Positions 25,801 to 40,800 of a stretch of DNA of 64,000 nucleotides are shown in pieces; the stretch's first letter is position 1, and every line of letters begins with the position of its first letter. The translations under genes were made by a program, and so were the position numbers. The DNA is from Phoronis australis. Its lineage: Eukaryota > Animalia > Phoronida. The DNA lies in assembly GCA_002633005.1 (NCBI GenBank), contig NMRA01000326.1:1-64000 (forward strand), written 5' to 3'. Below the pieces are notes generated by a model. That model did not search any database and was not told the origin of the DNA. It saw only the letters and a list, made by a program, of their open reading frames with translations.

Positions 25801-28800
25801 CAACACATGTGTATACATATTAACTACAAATAAATAGCTGTGAATCGACCTCTTTAAACAAAAATATGCATTCAAAAATTGAATTGTTCATGGACTGCTA
25901 ACCCTCATCATTTGCGCTGAGTTCAACATTAGCTGCGACATTGAGTATATGCCGATTCAGCTCATGATTCTGATTGTTGTGCATTTGAGCCACTATTGTA
26001 TAGTTGCAGAACACCAGTATATTCACATGAACATGTTCAATCATTGCTGTATACTCTCCTGAAAGTTTTATCAAATCTACATAACTTTCCCAGCAGAAAC
26101 AGTAGATGACTGACTGACCACATGATCGAAAAGCAAAACACATTTTTGGTGTCTAAAAAACAGCATATGGACCTCGGTGGTGGTCATAATTTTTGTAATT
26201 TTCCATGGATGATTTTCTTTGCCTCAAATATGTGGAAAATTGATCAACATCAGGAAAGAAATTAAAAGCGCAATGGGCAATTGTGTGAACATGGTGCACA
26301 AATGTGTAGGTGAAGCTCTTCATTCAAGGGAAACAACCGTAAGTGTATAGTTGTCATGATCTTGGTAAGTAAAGAGGAGATCACATTCCCTGCACTGCTT
26401 GTGTATAGAAAAACACTACAGCAACCAATGATAATATTTGTTCAACAGGCCTGTGCTTAGTGAAACGGAAGGTATCCAATCCTATCATTTGGAACTCCTC
26501 AGACTAATCAGCAGTAGTAAGTTGTCTGTGCATTGATCTTTGTAAGTAGTGAATGAATTGTAGCTAATATAATCATTGAAAGGTTCAGCTTCAGCGTAAC
26601 ACTGTCCACTCTAGCTTAAATTAGTTTATTATTTTTGTCCAGAATGAATAAGAAATTAATCAGGAAATGTGGAGAGCTGATCTTATGTGTTTAGTGTGTT
26701 TACAACATCTTTGCATAACTGAATCAATTATGTAATTATAGAGTATTAATTGCCTGCTATTTGCCACTTTTAGAAGTAATAAATGTATTTTGGCAGCCAC
26801 AGGTGCATGGTACTGTTATCCAATCTTACAGGATGTATACAGTGTTCTCCACAACAGAAAATTCATACTCGACTTACTAAAATTAAAAATTCATGTACAT
26901 ATTCGAAAGTCCATGTCCATACTGTGCGGAGTTGAGTGTGTTAAGTCTCGGATTAAATGCATTGAACTTACCAAAAAGCCAAAATGTCATAATTTGTGTA
27001 TTAAGAATCTCCCAATACTACAAACTCGTTGCATTAATTTTCAAACTCGACTCAAGTAAGCCAAACTTGTCACCACAAAATTCAAACTCAACACGGTGAC
27101 GAGACAAACAAGGTTTTGGAGAACAATGATATATTGTGAAGGCAATACCTTTTGTTTAATAATGGTTAACTCTGTGTATAAATTTTATAAATTGGTCATT
27201 CAAAGACAATAGATGGCACTAGTGTGACTGCAGTCTTGACTATATGAATGCATGCATTCCGGGTTTAGTGATACCGTTAGCAACAAATGCATATACCTGT
27301 TTTGACTCATCATTGCATCCAGCTTGAATTTTGCCATCACGAGTTTGAAAACCTGTGCAAGATGTGTGAAGTATTGGGAGATTACTTATTTCTTAAGCAG
27401 TTTCGGCCATTTTTGACTTTTGATACTAGTTCAATGCATTTATTCCAATACTGAAAACTGTTGTATGTTACACCACTGTTTCATTTGTCATCAGTTGCAT
27501 ATATCATAATTTTTGATGGCCTTTTCAGAAAGCAGTGCTGGCACTGAAGAGGCCACCCTCATTTTAAACATTACCATAAATAAATAAAAATAAATAAATA
27601 AAATTATCTTGCTGATTGTAATGACAAAGATGAAACTGATTTTATGAGCTTCACAATGATGTATAATCCACGGGATATATTATCAAACTGGTTTGTTTAA
27701 TTTTTGATTAATTAAAACGAGTGATTGTGTTAATATTGAGCTTTACCTAAAAATAGCCAGCCAGCTGGTCTGGACACTACATGGGTTAAAACAGGGAAAC
27801 TCTCCACTGTATGGACATGGATTTCCAAACACGTACAAGAATTTTGTAATTCCAGTTGAGTTTGAACTTTCTGTTGTGAAGAACACTAGAACTCTTTCTT
27901 GCTCTCAAGGCCATTCCGATTTTAGCAAGAGGGGTCATCTTTCTTCAGTAGCCCCACTTATTGGTTATCAGTCAGCCATTCTGTGGCACTAATAGGTTAA
28001 ATGGTGTTGTTACAAATACTAAACTGGATGCCTGTCATGGACACTTTAGGTGCATGGCAATCCCATACAACAAACACCAGCCAAAAGGTGAGTTGTTTTT
28101 GGTGACACACAGACTGCAAAATTGAATGACAGTTTAGGGAGCCTTTAACTCCGCCTCCCTCAATAAGCCAAACAGTGTTCAATATTGAAACTGGTAACTC
28201 ACACTGTTGACCTAATGTCATTTATGTGAACCTAGTATTCTTGTAAACCTAGTATCCTTTCCTGGTAACTGTCACAATTCAGTGACTTCTTAGACTACTT
28301 AGGGAGCATTAAGTGTTGGGGCTGTTGCTTTGGAATGTTAATTGCACAAAATTTTCTTTTCATGTAGTTTTTGCATTTTGTCGTGATCAACTTAGCCCTT
28401 TGAGTATTGTTAGTGTAGTGTTTTTAAGACTTCTTTTTTAAAACTGTTTTTAGACTGTGTTTTTACTGTGTTTTAATACCGTTTTCTGCCTCTGACTTGG
28501 CCTAATGCTGTGTTAGCAGATCAATATAATAGTAACACTCAAAAGATCCTTCAAGACCGGTTTCTAATTCACAGTTAAAAGTAAGCATACACGTTAAAAC
28601 AGTGATGAGACTAGCTAGCTATAACAACATCCATTCATTTCATTGTCTCTCTTCAGGAAGTTGGGGAAAAGAACAAGCTGCTCAAATTGAAACATGAAGT
28701 AGTAGTTGCTAGAATGGATGGTAGTGCTCCCAGCAAATATGTGGAACCACCTAAAGGTAAACTAAATAGTTATTTAATGTAATAGGCAACTGTTATTACC

Positions 28801-31800
28801 AGGGATTAAATTTTTTAATTGACTTTATACAAACATGTTGATGACATCTGTATAATAAGACCTGGCTAATATAAGTGAAGTGCAACTTCATTTCAATATT
28901 TATGTTAATGTCCACTTTTGACATGCCACTTCAAGGGCCATGACATTTTCATAGTGGTTTGGGATATACTCTGTCTCACTATTAATAATTGTTATTCAGT
29001 TCAACAGGACTGAGTTATTTTCTTTGACTAGATGTCTTGTGATTACTTTGTACCTAATTCTTCTATTGAATTCAGCTTTATTTTGTTTGTTATTGGTTGT
29101 TTCATTGTGTCAGCACTCACATTATTTACCATTTTCTGTTTTTGTCATTTGTTTTACTTAATTCATTCTATAGCTCTGTGTTAAATAAATGACATGTGTC
29201 ATTAGATACATATTCATTATATTGATAATTTGTATGTTATTGTTTTTACTAAATATTCATTAGGTCTACAGGGCTCGACGCTATTAAAATCGCCAGGTCG
29301 CATTTTGCGACCTAGCCAAAATCCCAGGTCGCATTTTCAAAATCCAGCTCGCATTCGTAAATGCCAGGTCGCAAAATTTTCCCGCCATTTTTACACGCCA
29401 AAATATATTTTTTAGATCATCGAGAAAATGTTTAGATTATGCTCCTACCTGCAGCGTTAAATACTCACAAATTTCGGATCTCAAAATTGACTTCATTCAT
29501 GCAGGTACGGCCTTACTGTTCTTCACGACCGCCATTGAAAGTCTCTAGAGCGCAAGGCAAGTTGCCGNNNNNNNNNNNNNNNNNNNNNNNNNNNNNNNNN
29601 NNNNNNNNNNNNNNNNNNNNNNNNNNNNNNNNNNNNNNNNNNNNNNNNNNNNNNNNNNNNNNNNNNNNNNNNNNNNNNNNNNNNNNNNNNNNNNNNNNNN
29701 NNNNNNNNNNNNNNNNNNNNNNNNNNNNNNNNNNNNNNNNNNNNNNNNNNNNNNNNNNNNNNNNNNNNNNNNNNNNNNNNNNNNNNNNNNNNNNNNNNNN
29801 NNNNNNNNNNNNNNNNNNNNNNNNNNNNNNNNNNNNNNNNNNNNNNNNNNNNNNNNNNNNNNNNNNNNNNNNNNNNNNNNNNNNNNNNNNNNNNNNNNNN
29901 NNNNNNNNNNNNNNNNNNNNNNNNNNNNNNNNNNNNNNNNNNNNNNNNNNNNNNNNNNNNNNNNNNNNNNNNNNNNNNNNNNNNNNNNNNNNNNNNNNNN
30001 NNNNNNNNNNNNNNNNNNNNNNNNNNNNNNNNNNNNNNNNNNNNNNNNNNNNNNNNNNNNNNNNNNNNNNNNNNNNNNNNNNNNNNNNNNNNNNNNNNNN
30101 NNNNNNNNNNNNNNNNNNNNNNNNNNNNNNNNNNNNNNNNNNNNNNNNNNNNNNNNNNNNNNNNNNNNNNNNNNNNNNNNNNNNNNNNNNNNNNNNNNNN
30201 NNNNNNNNNNNNNNNNNNNNNNNNNNNNNNNNNNNNNNNNNNNNNNNNNNNNNNNNNNNNNNNNNNNNNNNNNNNNNNNNNNNNNNNNNNNNNNNNNNNN
30301 NNNNNNNNNNNNNNNNNNNNNNNNNNNNNNNNNNNNNNNNNNNNNNNNNNNNNNNNNNNNNNNNNNNNNNNNNNNNNNNNNNNNNNNNNNNNNNNNNNNN
30401 NNNNNNNNNNNNNNNNNNNNNNNNNNNNNNNNNNNNNNNNNNNNNNNNNNNNNNNNNNNNNNNNNNNNNNNNNNNNNNNNNNNNNNNNNNNNNNNNNNNN
30501 NNNNNNNNNNNNNNNNNNNNNNNNNNNNNNNNNNNNNNNNNNNNNNNNNNNCCGGGAATTTACAAAAGTGGCCGAAAGTGTTAGCCAATGAAACGCGTCA
30601 AAGATCGATTCTGCATATCCCATGTTCACGCGACTTGCTTACAAGTCATCGGGAGGGCTGTTCTCGGTTAGTGTTCTTTTGAACTTGGATTTGGCAACAA
30701 CCAAATAACGGTCGGATTAACAAGAGCTGCTTTGTATTTGCCAGGTATCTGTTGAGAAGTGTAAAAACTCAGCTCGCATTCGTTGGAAATTCCAGGTCGC
30801 ATTTTGCGACTTGATACGAGCTGACAAAAATCTCAGCTCGCATTTCCAAATTTCAGGTCGCAAATGCGACCTGCAGCTCGTTATGTCGAGCCCTGGTCTA
30901 CATTAATTATTTGTACAATAGTATTTATTTAAATTGGTCATTTGTATAGTACTCTTCACTACATATTGATAATGTTGACCATTTATACAGTAGTATTTAC
31001 TACAAATACATGTTCATTACATTAATCATTTGAAGACTAGTATTTACTACGTATTCGTTATATTGGTCATTTGTGCATTAGTGTTTTCTTATACTTTTCA
31101 TTATATTGATCATTTGTACATTGATATTTACTACATGTTCATAATGTTGATCATATGTAAATTAGTATTACTAAAAACTAGATGTTCTTTATATTCATCA
31201 TTTGAATATTATTTATTTCATATTCATTCTATTGATCATATGTAAATTAGTATTTACGTAATATTATTAATACTGATCATTTGTGCATTAGTATGTACTA
31301 CACATTCATAATATTGATCATTGGTACATTTGTATTTACTTAATATTCGTTATATTTATTACATATTTATTCTGTTGATCGTTTACAAATTAGTATTTAC
31401 TAAAGGAAATCTCAAAATCTTATTCACAATATCTTGCCATTCTTACCATATTTCACATACGTCTTGCAAAATACCTTATTTTCATTCTCAGAGAACTTCA
31501 AATATGAAATGTGTACCGTGTAGTGAGAAAAAAATGATTTAGCAGAACCACCCCGGAACCGCACAACTGCGTGGAAATTTATTTACTACTTATTCGAGGT
31601 CAAAGGTTATGGGCTGCCACTCAAATTGAATATCCCGCCGGGCACACAGCAGCTTCATATGTACCCTCAGTCCTTTCATTCACGGAGTCGCCATAATATT
31701 TCGTCAACGAAGTGTACGTAAGATAGAACAATGGCAGGGAAACGAAGGCAAAACGTAGTTTTGATCCTGAGGGAGTTGTGTGTTTGCATGCATATGGCTG

Positions 31801-34800
31801 TTGAAAAGGAATGCTATGAGTTACCTCACGTCTCTGTGCTTTTGTGTTCATGAACACAGCAGGTTGTGAAAAGAGATAAATCCTTACCCTAATTCCTTAA
31901 TTCAAGTAATTTGAAATTTCGCTGTTTCGATCTCGTGCTCACGACATGCTTTAACCACCGATTTCTGCATTCATTTCGTGCTTGGGTTTCATATCAGTCT
32001 CCCAGCGCGTGGTGTGTCTAATAATGAACTGTTGATCCACTTTAAAGTGGACCACAATGCATCAGCTTGACCCACTTAATATGTTGGCTCCACCCGTGTC
32101 CTAGTTGGAATTGACTTGGCTGAATGCTGACATATTGAACGCGGCTAAGGGGTGTATAGGTTATATTGACCAAAAACAGGTTTTCACGGAATAATTAACT
32201 GAAGACCTTTAGATTTTCACCACTCATGATTTAATCGGCTTTTTCTTGGCTTCGGCAAATCGACTTAATTTGAACTTAGGAACATGATTTTTCGAAAATG
32301 GCCCAGTGGATTTTGCTGAAACTTTCCAAACCTAATATTTGTTCATCAGTCTCAAAAACTTTTAGAATTTTTGATATAAAGGCCTAGTTTTTGTGTAATG
32401 TAACAAAGACGAATACGACTATTTTTTTCAAAAATACCTTACATTTTGCTAGTTGATTTGTCATAGAAACCAAATGAAAAGGCTAATTGAAAATTTCTAG
32501 CAGCATTTTTGAGGTAACTGGTGAAGTTTTCATTTTAAAAAGGTTTCATTAAAATTGACCGAGGGGTTATTTTACTATGAATGTACCTGTCTTGAAAATG
32601 AAATTTTGACTTAAAATTGTGTTAACATGATAATAGTAATAACGGTACATAAATTATAAAACATATTTTTATATTACCTGGTCTTTTTTGTTTCAGAAAT
32701 ATATACTTTTACTAGTTGACAAAGCCTAGTATTTTGATATATGAGTTACAATGGAGGCCTCTAAATAAGTTTGAGATAACCATACTGATCAGTTGTGCAT
32801 TAGTATTCATAATGTTGATCATTTGTAGCAGTTACCACATCTTCATTATACTGATCATTTATATATTAGTATTTATATATTTTGGTCATTTGAATATTAG
32901 TATTTACTTCATCTCCATTATATTATTTACACTCCTGTTCATTTCAGGTGATGCTGGGGAAACAGAGGATATGAAAAAGCAAATTTATTTTTTAGAAAAA
33001 GTGAGTAAAATGCTTGTTAATAATTCTAACTCCCACAAGTATCAACCATGTTGATGGCTGTCGTGATTTAAGAGGATGGTTGGTCACCAAAATATTGGGT
33101 TTCTTGATATTGTGTCCTTAAAAAACATGATAATTCGGTGTTGTAATTTTGATCCTTTAAGCTGACAAGTCACAAAATTCTCCAATTTGGGACATTCTCT
33201 AAATTTGAGACACTGAAATCAAAGTCAACATTGAATTGTCTTGATTCTGAAGATTGGGGTCATCACATTTCTTAAATATCCGACACTGCTCTTTTTATCC
33301 ATTACGTTTGAGATAAAATTGTTGAAAATAGCTGCCAATTCAAAATTGATCTTATTTGTAATTCTTGATGTTGGGACGGACAATATTGCCTATTTCTAAA
33401 TTTTGGTACTAGCCCCGACCTTGACCAAAATAACTTTTCACTGTCCCTAACTAGAGTTTTACCACAGAACCATGCATTGCTGGCCATATAGATGCAGGCT
33501 AATGCCAAGCTGTGTATTTAAGAACAGTCAGTAGACGTCTCATAGTGAATTGTATAAAAATTGCAAGTTGGTGAGATCTAGGCTTAAACAAGCCTCCAGA
33601 TGTGTCATATCAGTTTTAGGCCATCTCATCAATCTGACAAATACAATTTAAAGTAGTAAAGTTAATGTTATTAAACCATTCAATTAATATCTGTATCTCT
33701 CTATTCTTTCAGGATCTCAAAACCTTTGAACAAGAATTAGTCAAACAGCAAAAGTACATCACAGGAATTTTAGCTGGTCTAAAAATTGATGTGCAGTAAG
33801 TGAAAATATGTTGATTGGCTGTTTCGATTTAAGTTTTCATGTCAAACTACGATAGTGTTTGTTCAGGTTCAAATCGTGTTTTCACTGTCTACTAATATGT
33901 TCTATTTAAATGATTTACATTTTGTTCATTTCAATGTTTGAATTCTTCGATTTGAAGCAATATTAACTATCATTCCACGACAGCACCAAAAGGTCAACTC
34001 TAGGGTCACCGACTTAGATCTTGAAAAAAGTTGTGTGTATATACATTTTGGTGGGATATGTTCAAAATGCTTATTTGAAAATTTTTGGGCCATTGCTTTT
34101 TAAGTTAGAATATCATGAATATTTTGGCATAAAAAAACTCATTTTTGGTTCAAGAAGGCTTAGTTAATGAAGTTGTTTTAAAAAGGCTTAAAAGAACAGC
34201 AAAGAAAAATACTTATAATATTTATGTAGACATTGAATCTCTCTATAAGAAGACAGTCTTTGAATTTTCAAAAGAGTTTTTGTTAACCTTTAATGGAGGC
34301 CAAATTTCGGTAAATTTTGCCCAATTTTTTGTCCTTTTAGTCATTTTTAGGTGACCTGGGAGCCAGGGTTCAGGGGGCTGGTGATTTCCAGTGATATTTT
34401 CATCAGTTAGCTGTCTAAGAAAATAAAAAATATGGGCTTTTTGTTTGTTTTCAAGCAGCAATCAATAGAAAAGACATTCCATCGCGTATCTTACGGTGCC
34501 TGACTGGGGAGTATGTAGCCGTATCTCATAAACCTCACAAAGGGGCTTCTTTAATTTTAACAAAATATGGTAATCAAATCAGTTGACGTCAATTTTTAGA
34601 TACTTTGACTACTGCTGGCCTCCTGGTGAAAGTTTCTATAACTAGATTTCCTTGGTGAAATTTCATGAAATTTGGCCAAAACGTTTACGTCAAGGAAACG
34701 ATGGCACATGCATGTTTGAGAATGAAGTTTTAATATTAATCTAATTCTGTTATGTCAGCTGCTAACTGGTGCCCTGTTAACATTCACCTTATTAACTGAT

Positions 34801-37800
34801 AATCATTACATAAAATATTTAAAGTCACTTTAATTTGAGTTTGGACATTTTTACAGGATGCTAATTGTTTAATCGATTCCATCCAAAGCTGATTTTGTCA
34901 CTTGTGACGCTACCATGAAAGATAAAATGACAACTCTGTGAAAAAGATTGGATGCATATGGGTTTCAAAATTTTCATTGTAGCTAAGGCTTACTTATACC
35001 TAGCAAAGTGATCTTAGTATAAATTAAAACGCAAACTAAAATGATCCTAACAATCTTTTTTGCCACAAAAAGTAAGTTAGAATTTACTTTGGGAATTTTC
35101 AGCAGTACAGGGGAACCAAGCTCAGTTTAAGTATGAACATAGATATGCAAAATTGTTACCATGGCGACTGAGTGACATAAAAGTTTTTGTCCTTAAACTA
35201 GAATTTGATTAGCATGATAATAAGTAAAATGAAGCTATGATGCAAAAGGGTTCAAGTAAGCTTCACACTTCATAATCCAAATGTAACCCATTTCTGTAAA
35301 TCAAGTTAGATTTTTCACATATTTTGCTTTGACATATCTTGAAGTAGAAAGTAACTAGTTACAAAACATGAATCGAAAGTGCATTTTGTTCATAGAATTT
35401 AGAAAAATATGTGTAATGTTGTGATACCTTGAACAGAAGAATTAGTTGACTTTTGATCAAAAAATAAGGTTTCAGAACAATTTCAACAGAATTTAGCAGA
35501 GTGCAAAGTCAGTTGAATTGGCAGTTCACATTGAAATAAATAGAAGATTCATAATAATTATAGTTATGGCACAAGCACCAGAAAACTACAAAACTGCTTT
35601 TTGTAGCAGTGTGTCTTCAAATGTATTATTATAGTTAAATCTTCACCGATGACAGTGTGGCCTGTTGAACATGCCTTTCAGTTCAGAAAAGTCGCCATGT
35701 TGTCCAACGTGAATTGTGAGCACTTTAACCACTCAGTTCAATAAGTTACACCTCCGTACACAATGGTACGTGAAAGATATGTGTTACAAAATTTTACCGC
35801 TAGAATATTTGTGACAATAATGTTTAGGCACTTTTAATCCGTAACCCATGCTGCTGACATTGCAAGATGGCCGACCCAACGGAAATAACTTATTGTTGAC
35901 TTGAAGTCAACATTTGACACATATATCGCGATAACTTGTGATTGCACCATGCGGTTTTGATATTTTTTCATTTTTGTATTTCAGACATTGATGCCCTTCC
36001 TGTGATGTAGGCTTTTGTCTTGCAAAGTGAAAAAATAATTTTTGGTTCAACTGCTTCATACAGTCTCAAACCCTTAATTAAAAAAAATTTTATAAATAAA
36101 AGCTAACTTTCCTTGAAATGTTGCACAAATTGGAATATTTCATTAAAAATCAAATGAATTATTCATGTCAGCCTAAAAATTGTATCTAAGATCGTCAACC
36201 GTTTTGGGTATTGGCACCAGGCAATTATGTCATCACTTGTGCCTGTGTAATCTCTGACCCACCGTCAGTTATGAATGCTCAATGGGTGAAATGGTGATAT
36301 GGATATGTCAGACAGCATTATGGTCCCTAAATGTCGATTCTCATTCATTATCTTTCTTGAAACCATTTTAAATGTAACAAAGTTACAAAAACATTTCGTT
36401 TAAGAAATGTAGAATACGCAACATTTAGTCATTTTTAGAGCAAAAAATAAAATAGCCCATTTGAAAGATTTTTTAAATTTGTTCCCATATCCAAGATCCA
36501 TCCAAAAACATAAATTTCAATGTTTACAGCTTCGCAAACTGACTTATAGGAGCAGTCGAGTGACACCCACTTTCAACACTACAAAAAAGTGCTTACGGAT
36601 TTACCTCCCCTGTCACGTCATGAATGCAACGAAATCATGAATATCAATTTTATTGTTTTATTTGGTAGTCCTCATGTCCCTCTTCCTAATCCCATTATGT
36701 GTTTTTTTCTCATTGATTGCAATCTACCTGTTTTTCATATTGGAAAATTACCATTTTCGGTATGCAAAAATGTAATAATTTTCTTTGTATTAAACCTTTG
36801 AAAACCTATAGGTAAAAACTAAGAGGTCAATAAGTGCAAAATTGGTGATTTTTGTATCAGAGCCACACCTTGATCACATACACAAACTTTAACCTGAATC
36901 TGGAAGATGACCCCTGACCCCTAGTCAAGAGTGATTTTTTGATTTCTTTTGTTTTTCTCATGAAATGGCTCTTAAGCTTTCCTGTATGTGCTATCTGTCA
37001 AAAATAAGATTTATTTAGGCCACCCGTGGCTATAAAATTGGTGGTATGATATCCCTTGCTCATTTAAAAAGTGATTGCTGTTTGTTAATTATTAAGACCG
37101 AGCTCATGAAATTTCAGATCAAGTCATTACTTGAAAAACAAACTGTCAGTTCTTCTGTGAAGCCCATAAATCCATCCTCATCTTGTTAAGGAGCAAAGTG
37201 GCCAAAATAGAAACTTGTTTTTCACAGAAAGCACAGGCTTACTATTACTTTAACTGTTTTGTTCATAGCATGCTGTATTTCACAGGAAACTACTAGAGAG
37301 TCAAACTCTTGATGTTCAAATGAAAAAGAAAGCAGACGCATTCCTAAGTCTACTTCAGACACTTCACAAAGGTGCCTCTGAAGGGAGGCTGGATATAGTT
37401 AGAGCTGATCTCCCTGAATATTACTTTGCTTTGGACAGGGTAAGAATTAAGTAACTGCAAACCTGCGATATGACTAAAATGGTGTTATCTTTATGCTGAG
37501 TTCGGTGAGCATACAGTTGAAACTAAGTCAGTGATAAATTCACTTAGTAGACATGTTTGAGAATGTTGCTGTTGACTTGACTGTTGAGAACAGCTGGGAG
37601 AGAGGCCTTGTTGGTCTGTCACTGTTGGATGTGATCACATGGATATGATCATAAGAACACCATGAAATTGATCAGAAATAGAAAGCTCAGATGAAGCTGC
37701 AAAAATATTAGTTACGTACTTGTGTCTATATTCAATTCATATTGTCGAAAGTTGGTTTGCCCTAATTTGTAAATGGATTAATTATGTTTGCAATGTAGGA

Positions 37801-40800
37801 GGTAACACCATTTAAGGACAAAGTTCGACGTATGTCACTTTTACATACCCCCAAAGACATACCATTGAGAGGTCGTTCTCTAAGGTATTTTATTTTGGCA
37901 TGTTGTTTAAATAACATGCTTGCAATTTCTGTAATCATTTTGAGCTTCTGAATCTGAGACAGCTTCACTAGCTAGTCAAGTTTACTTGATGTTACTAAGC
38001 ATTTGATTGGACTCACCATACATCTACCGGTACTGCTTGTCAAGAATAGCTCTTGAAATAATTCAATGCTTCATGAAAGTTAGAAATCACTTAATGGCTT
38101 CATTTTAATTGCTTTGGCTTGTGCTTTTTGACCTTATTATGTTGAACAATAGTTGATCAGAAGAAAAATTCTCTGGTATTGAGGCAAACAATGAAATGCA
38201 AAGTTTCAGGTTTTTATTAAAAAATTTTGTGTTTGAAAAATTACACACTGTCTTGGATGAATCGAACGTGTCACAGTCTGTTTCATTGTTTGTGCTATAG
38301 AATTGTGTCTGTCTGACTGCCATACTTTGCTTCCTGAGTATTTTTAGTGCTCACCGGTGACTTCCTTGCTGTTTAGAATGTAGAATGCTTCTCAAAGTGT
38401 GTGGTTTCAATGACAGGCCTTAGTATGTTTACCACTTCTATTTTAATTGTTCTAAATGTAAACATGAGTGGAGCTTGACTGCCCAGCTTGCCCAGGAAAG
38501 TGTTTGGTCAATGGTTCTTACAACGTGGAAAAGTGATTTCATTCAAATCAAATGAAGATTGAGCAGTTAGTAGTTAACATACACCTGGTTATCCTTCAAG
38601 CTTGTTGGACCAGAAACCATAAAACATGGGGAGTAATGTACTGGAATGTTCCTTTCCAATCTAACAGTTTGAGAAGCATTTCTTCAGTGTCTTGCCTATT
38701 ACACCTTCTCCTTGCTAACAGTTTTTGACTGTCACTAATGTTTCAGCATATCGTCAACCCAGCTTACAAGAATGTCAAACGCCAGTATGTTACTTACATT
38801 AACTCCAAACTAAGTAAAAGTAACAGGTAAATTGTGCTATTTATTGTCAACTTTATTGCTATGATCAAAACTAATTGATAGTTAGCCGAATGTGTTTAGA
38901 TGTAAGGCAAATTCTATAGTTTTATACCTTGTTTGTAGTGGGCGTCTTGATTCTGAAAAGGTGGTACTCGATTTTTTTTCATTTTTTATGTAGTGTGGAA
39001 CTGGACTAGTGAACTTGAAAGGAACCCATTTCTAGTGAGTTTCCAAGAAAAAGTCTTCCTGTCATGAACTCTTGTTATAGAAACACTGCTCTTTTACATT
39101 GATTCTTGGACAGCTTCTTTTTAACAAATGGCCTGAAGCTGCTCGACAAGATTGAGGTGGTCAAAAACATTTTCATCTAGTGCAACGGAACTTTTAAAAA
39201 TTAATATACTAGATAATATCAAACTGTAGATTTTTATGCTCCCGTATATATGTGGGTGCATATTGCCGCCATCTCTGGGCATCCAACGTCTACTACAATC
39301 TTCTTCAAATCAGCAGATGTGTTTTTATATTAAACTGACAAGTTTGGATAGACCCTATTACCACAGTGCTCCCTCGTGGCAATTTTTTGCATGTGCCTCT
39401 TGCATCTTCCGAGTTCCATGTTGGATTTTCATGAATTTTGGTAAATAGGTTTCTATTAAAGAGGTGACGATGTGTTTCTGTTATTTGGACACTTCAATTT
39501 ATACTGCGCCACCTTGTGGCCTATTTTATTACTTCAAGTCCGTTTTGTGGTGTTCACATCTCTATCCATCAAACCATTCTAAAGATCACCATAAACTTTA
39601 TAAATAGGCAGATAATACATTCCTGATGAAGATCATGGCTTGTGTTGGTTTTCGGAGGGGTCTGATTACTGTACTATGCCATCCCCTAGTTGCAATTTTT
39701 CGCATCTCCTTAACCCTTGTAGAATATTTGGCAGAATGTGTTCCTATGAAGTTGACGGATTACGACGAGTTTCGGATAGATACAACTACCAATTTGTCTG
39801 GTGGCAATTTTTTTGCTTTCACCTCTGAATCTGCAGAGTTCCTTGTTGTATTTTCATGAAATTTGTAAATTAGTTTCTGCTAAGGAGACGGCGATCGATG
39901 ACTGCATCTTTGGACAGATTCAACATAGTCTGCACCGCCTAGCGCCATTTTATTATTTTGTTTTTGACATCCACCTCCGTATCCGCCAAATTGTTCAAAG
40001 GATCATTTTGGATATTATCAAATGGATTCCTACTTGTGATATTCTTTTTTGCATTCGCAGCTATGTCTCCTCTAAACTCTTTGTAGGGTTCTTGTGAAAT
40101 TTGGCAAGTGCAGTTTTTCTATGAATGTGACATGGCTGACGATTTTATTATTTTGAGTCTGCATCAGTATCCACCAAACTGCATGCTCAAAGGATAATAA
40201 TGTCCATTACATGTTACTACTGACAAGAGCACCACTGATGCTGATTTTCAGATGGGTCCAAATACTGTTATTTCCCCTAGTATCATTTTTTTAAATCTGT
40301 ACACAGTTTTGACATATCCTGTGTGATCTAGTGGTCATTTCTATGCTTAAACACCCCTAAAAGCATACCATTTGGCAAGCAGTCATGGGCACATGTCAAT
40401 ACTTTGCATTGCAAAATCTGTTAAATCCATGCTAACGAGCTCTGTTTTAATGTAGTTTACCAACAAATACTCCTGCAGCTGCACTAAATGGAAGTACAGT
40501 TGACATGGACACAGCAATCATAAAGTCAATGATAGCTGAAGAGCCGCAAAAGCCTAAGAAGCGTAAGTATAGCAATGAATGTATATCTTGGTTAACCGTG
40601 TCATTTGTCGAGTTTGACTCCTTCATATTTACAATGTGTACTGCTGTGAGAATGCAAGTGACTGATAACCCTATGCACTTATGGTATCTCACAAAACCAC
40701 ATTACTCAGTAGACTTTGCCTTAGTTATGCCACGCATTGTTATACCATAATTGGCCGACTTTTAAGTATGGCGCATTGGCACTTTAGGTCTACTTCACAT

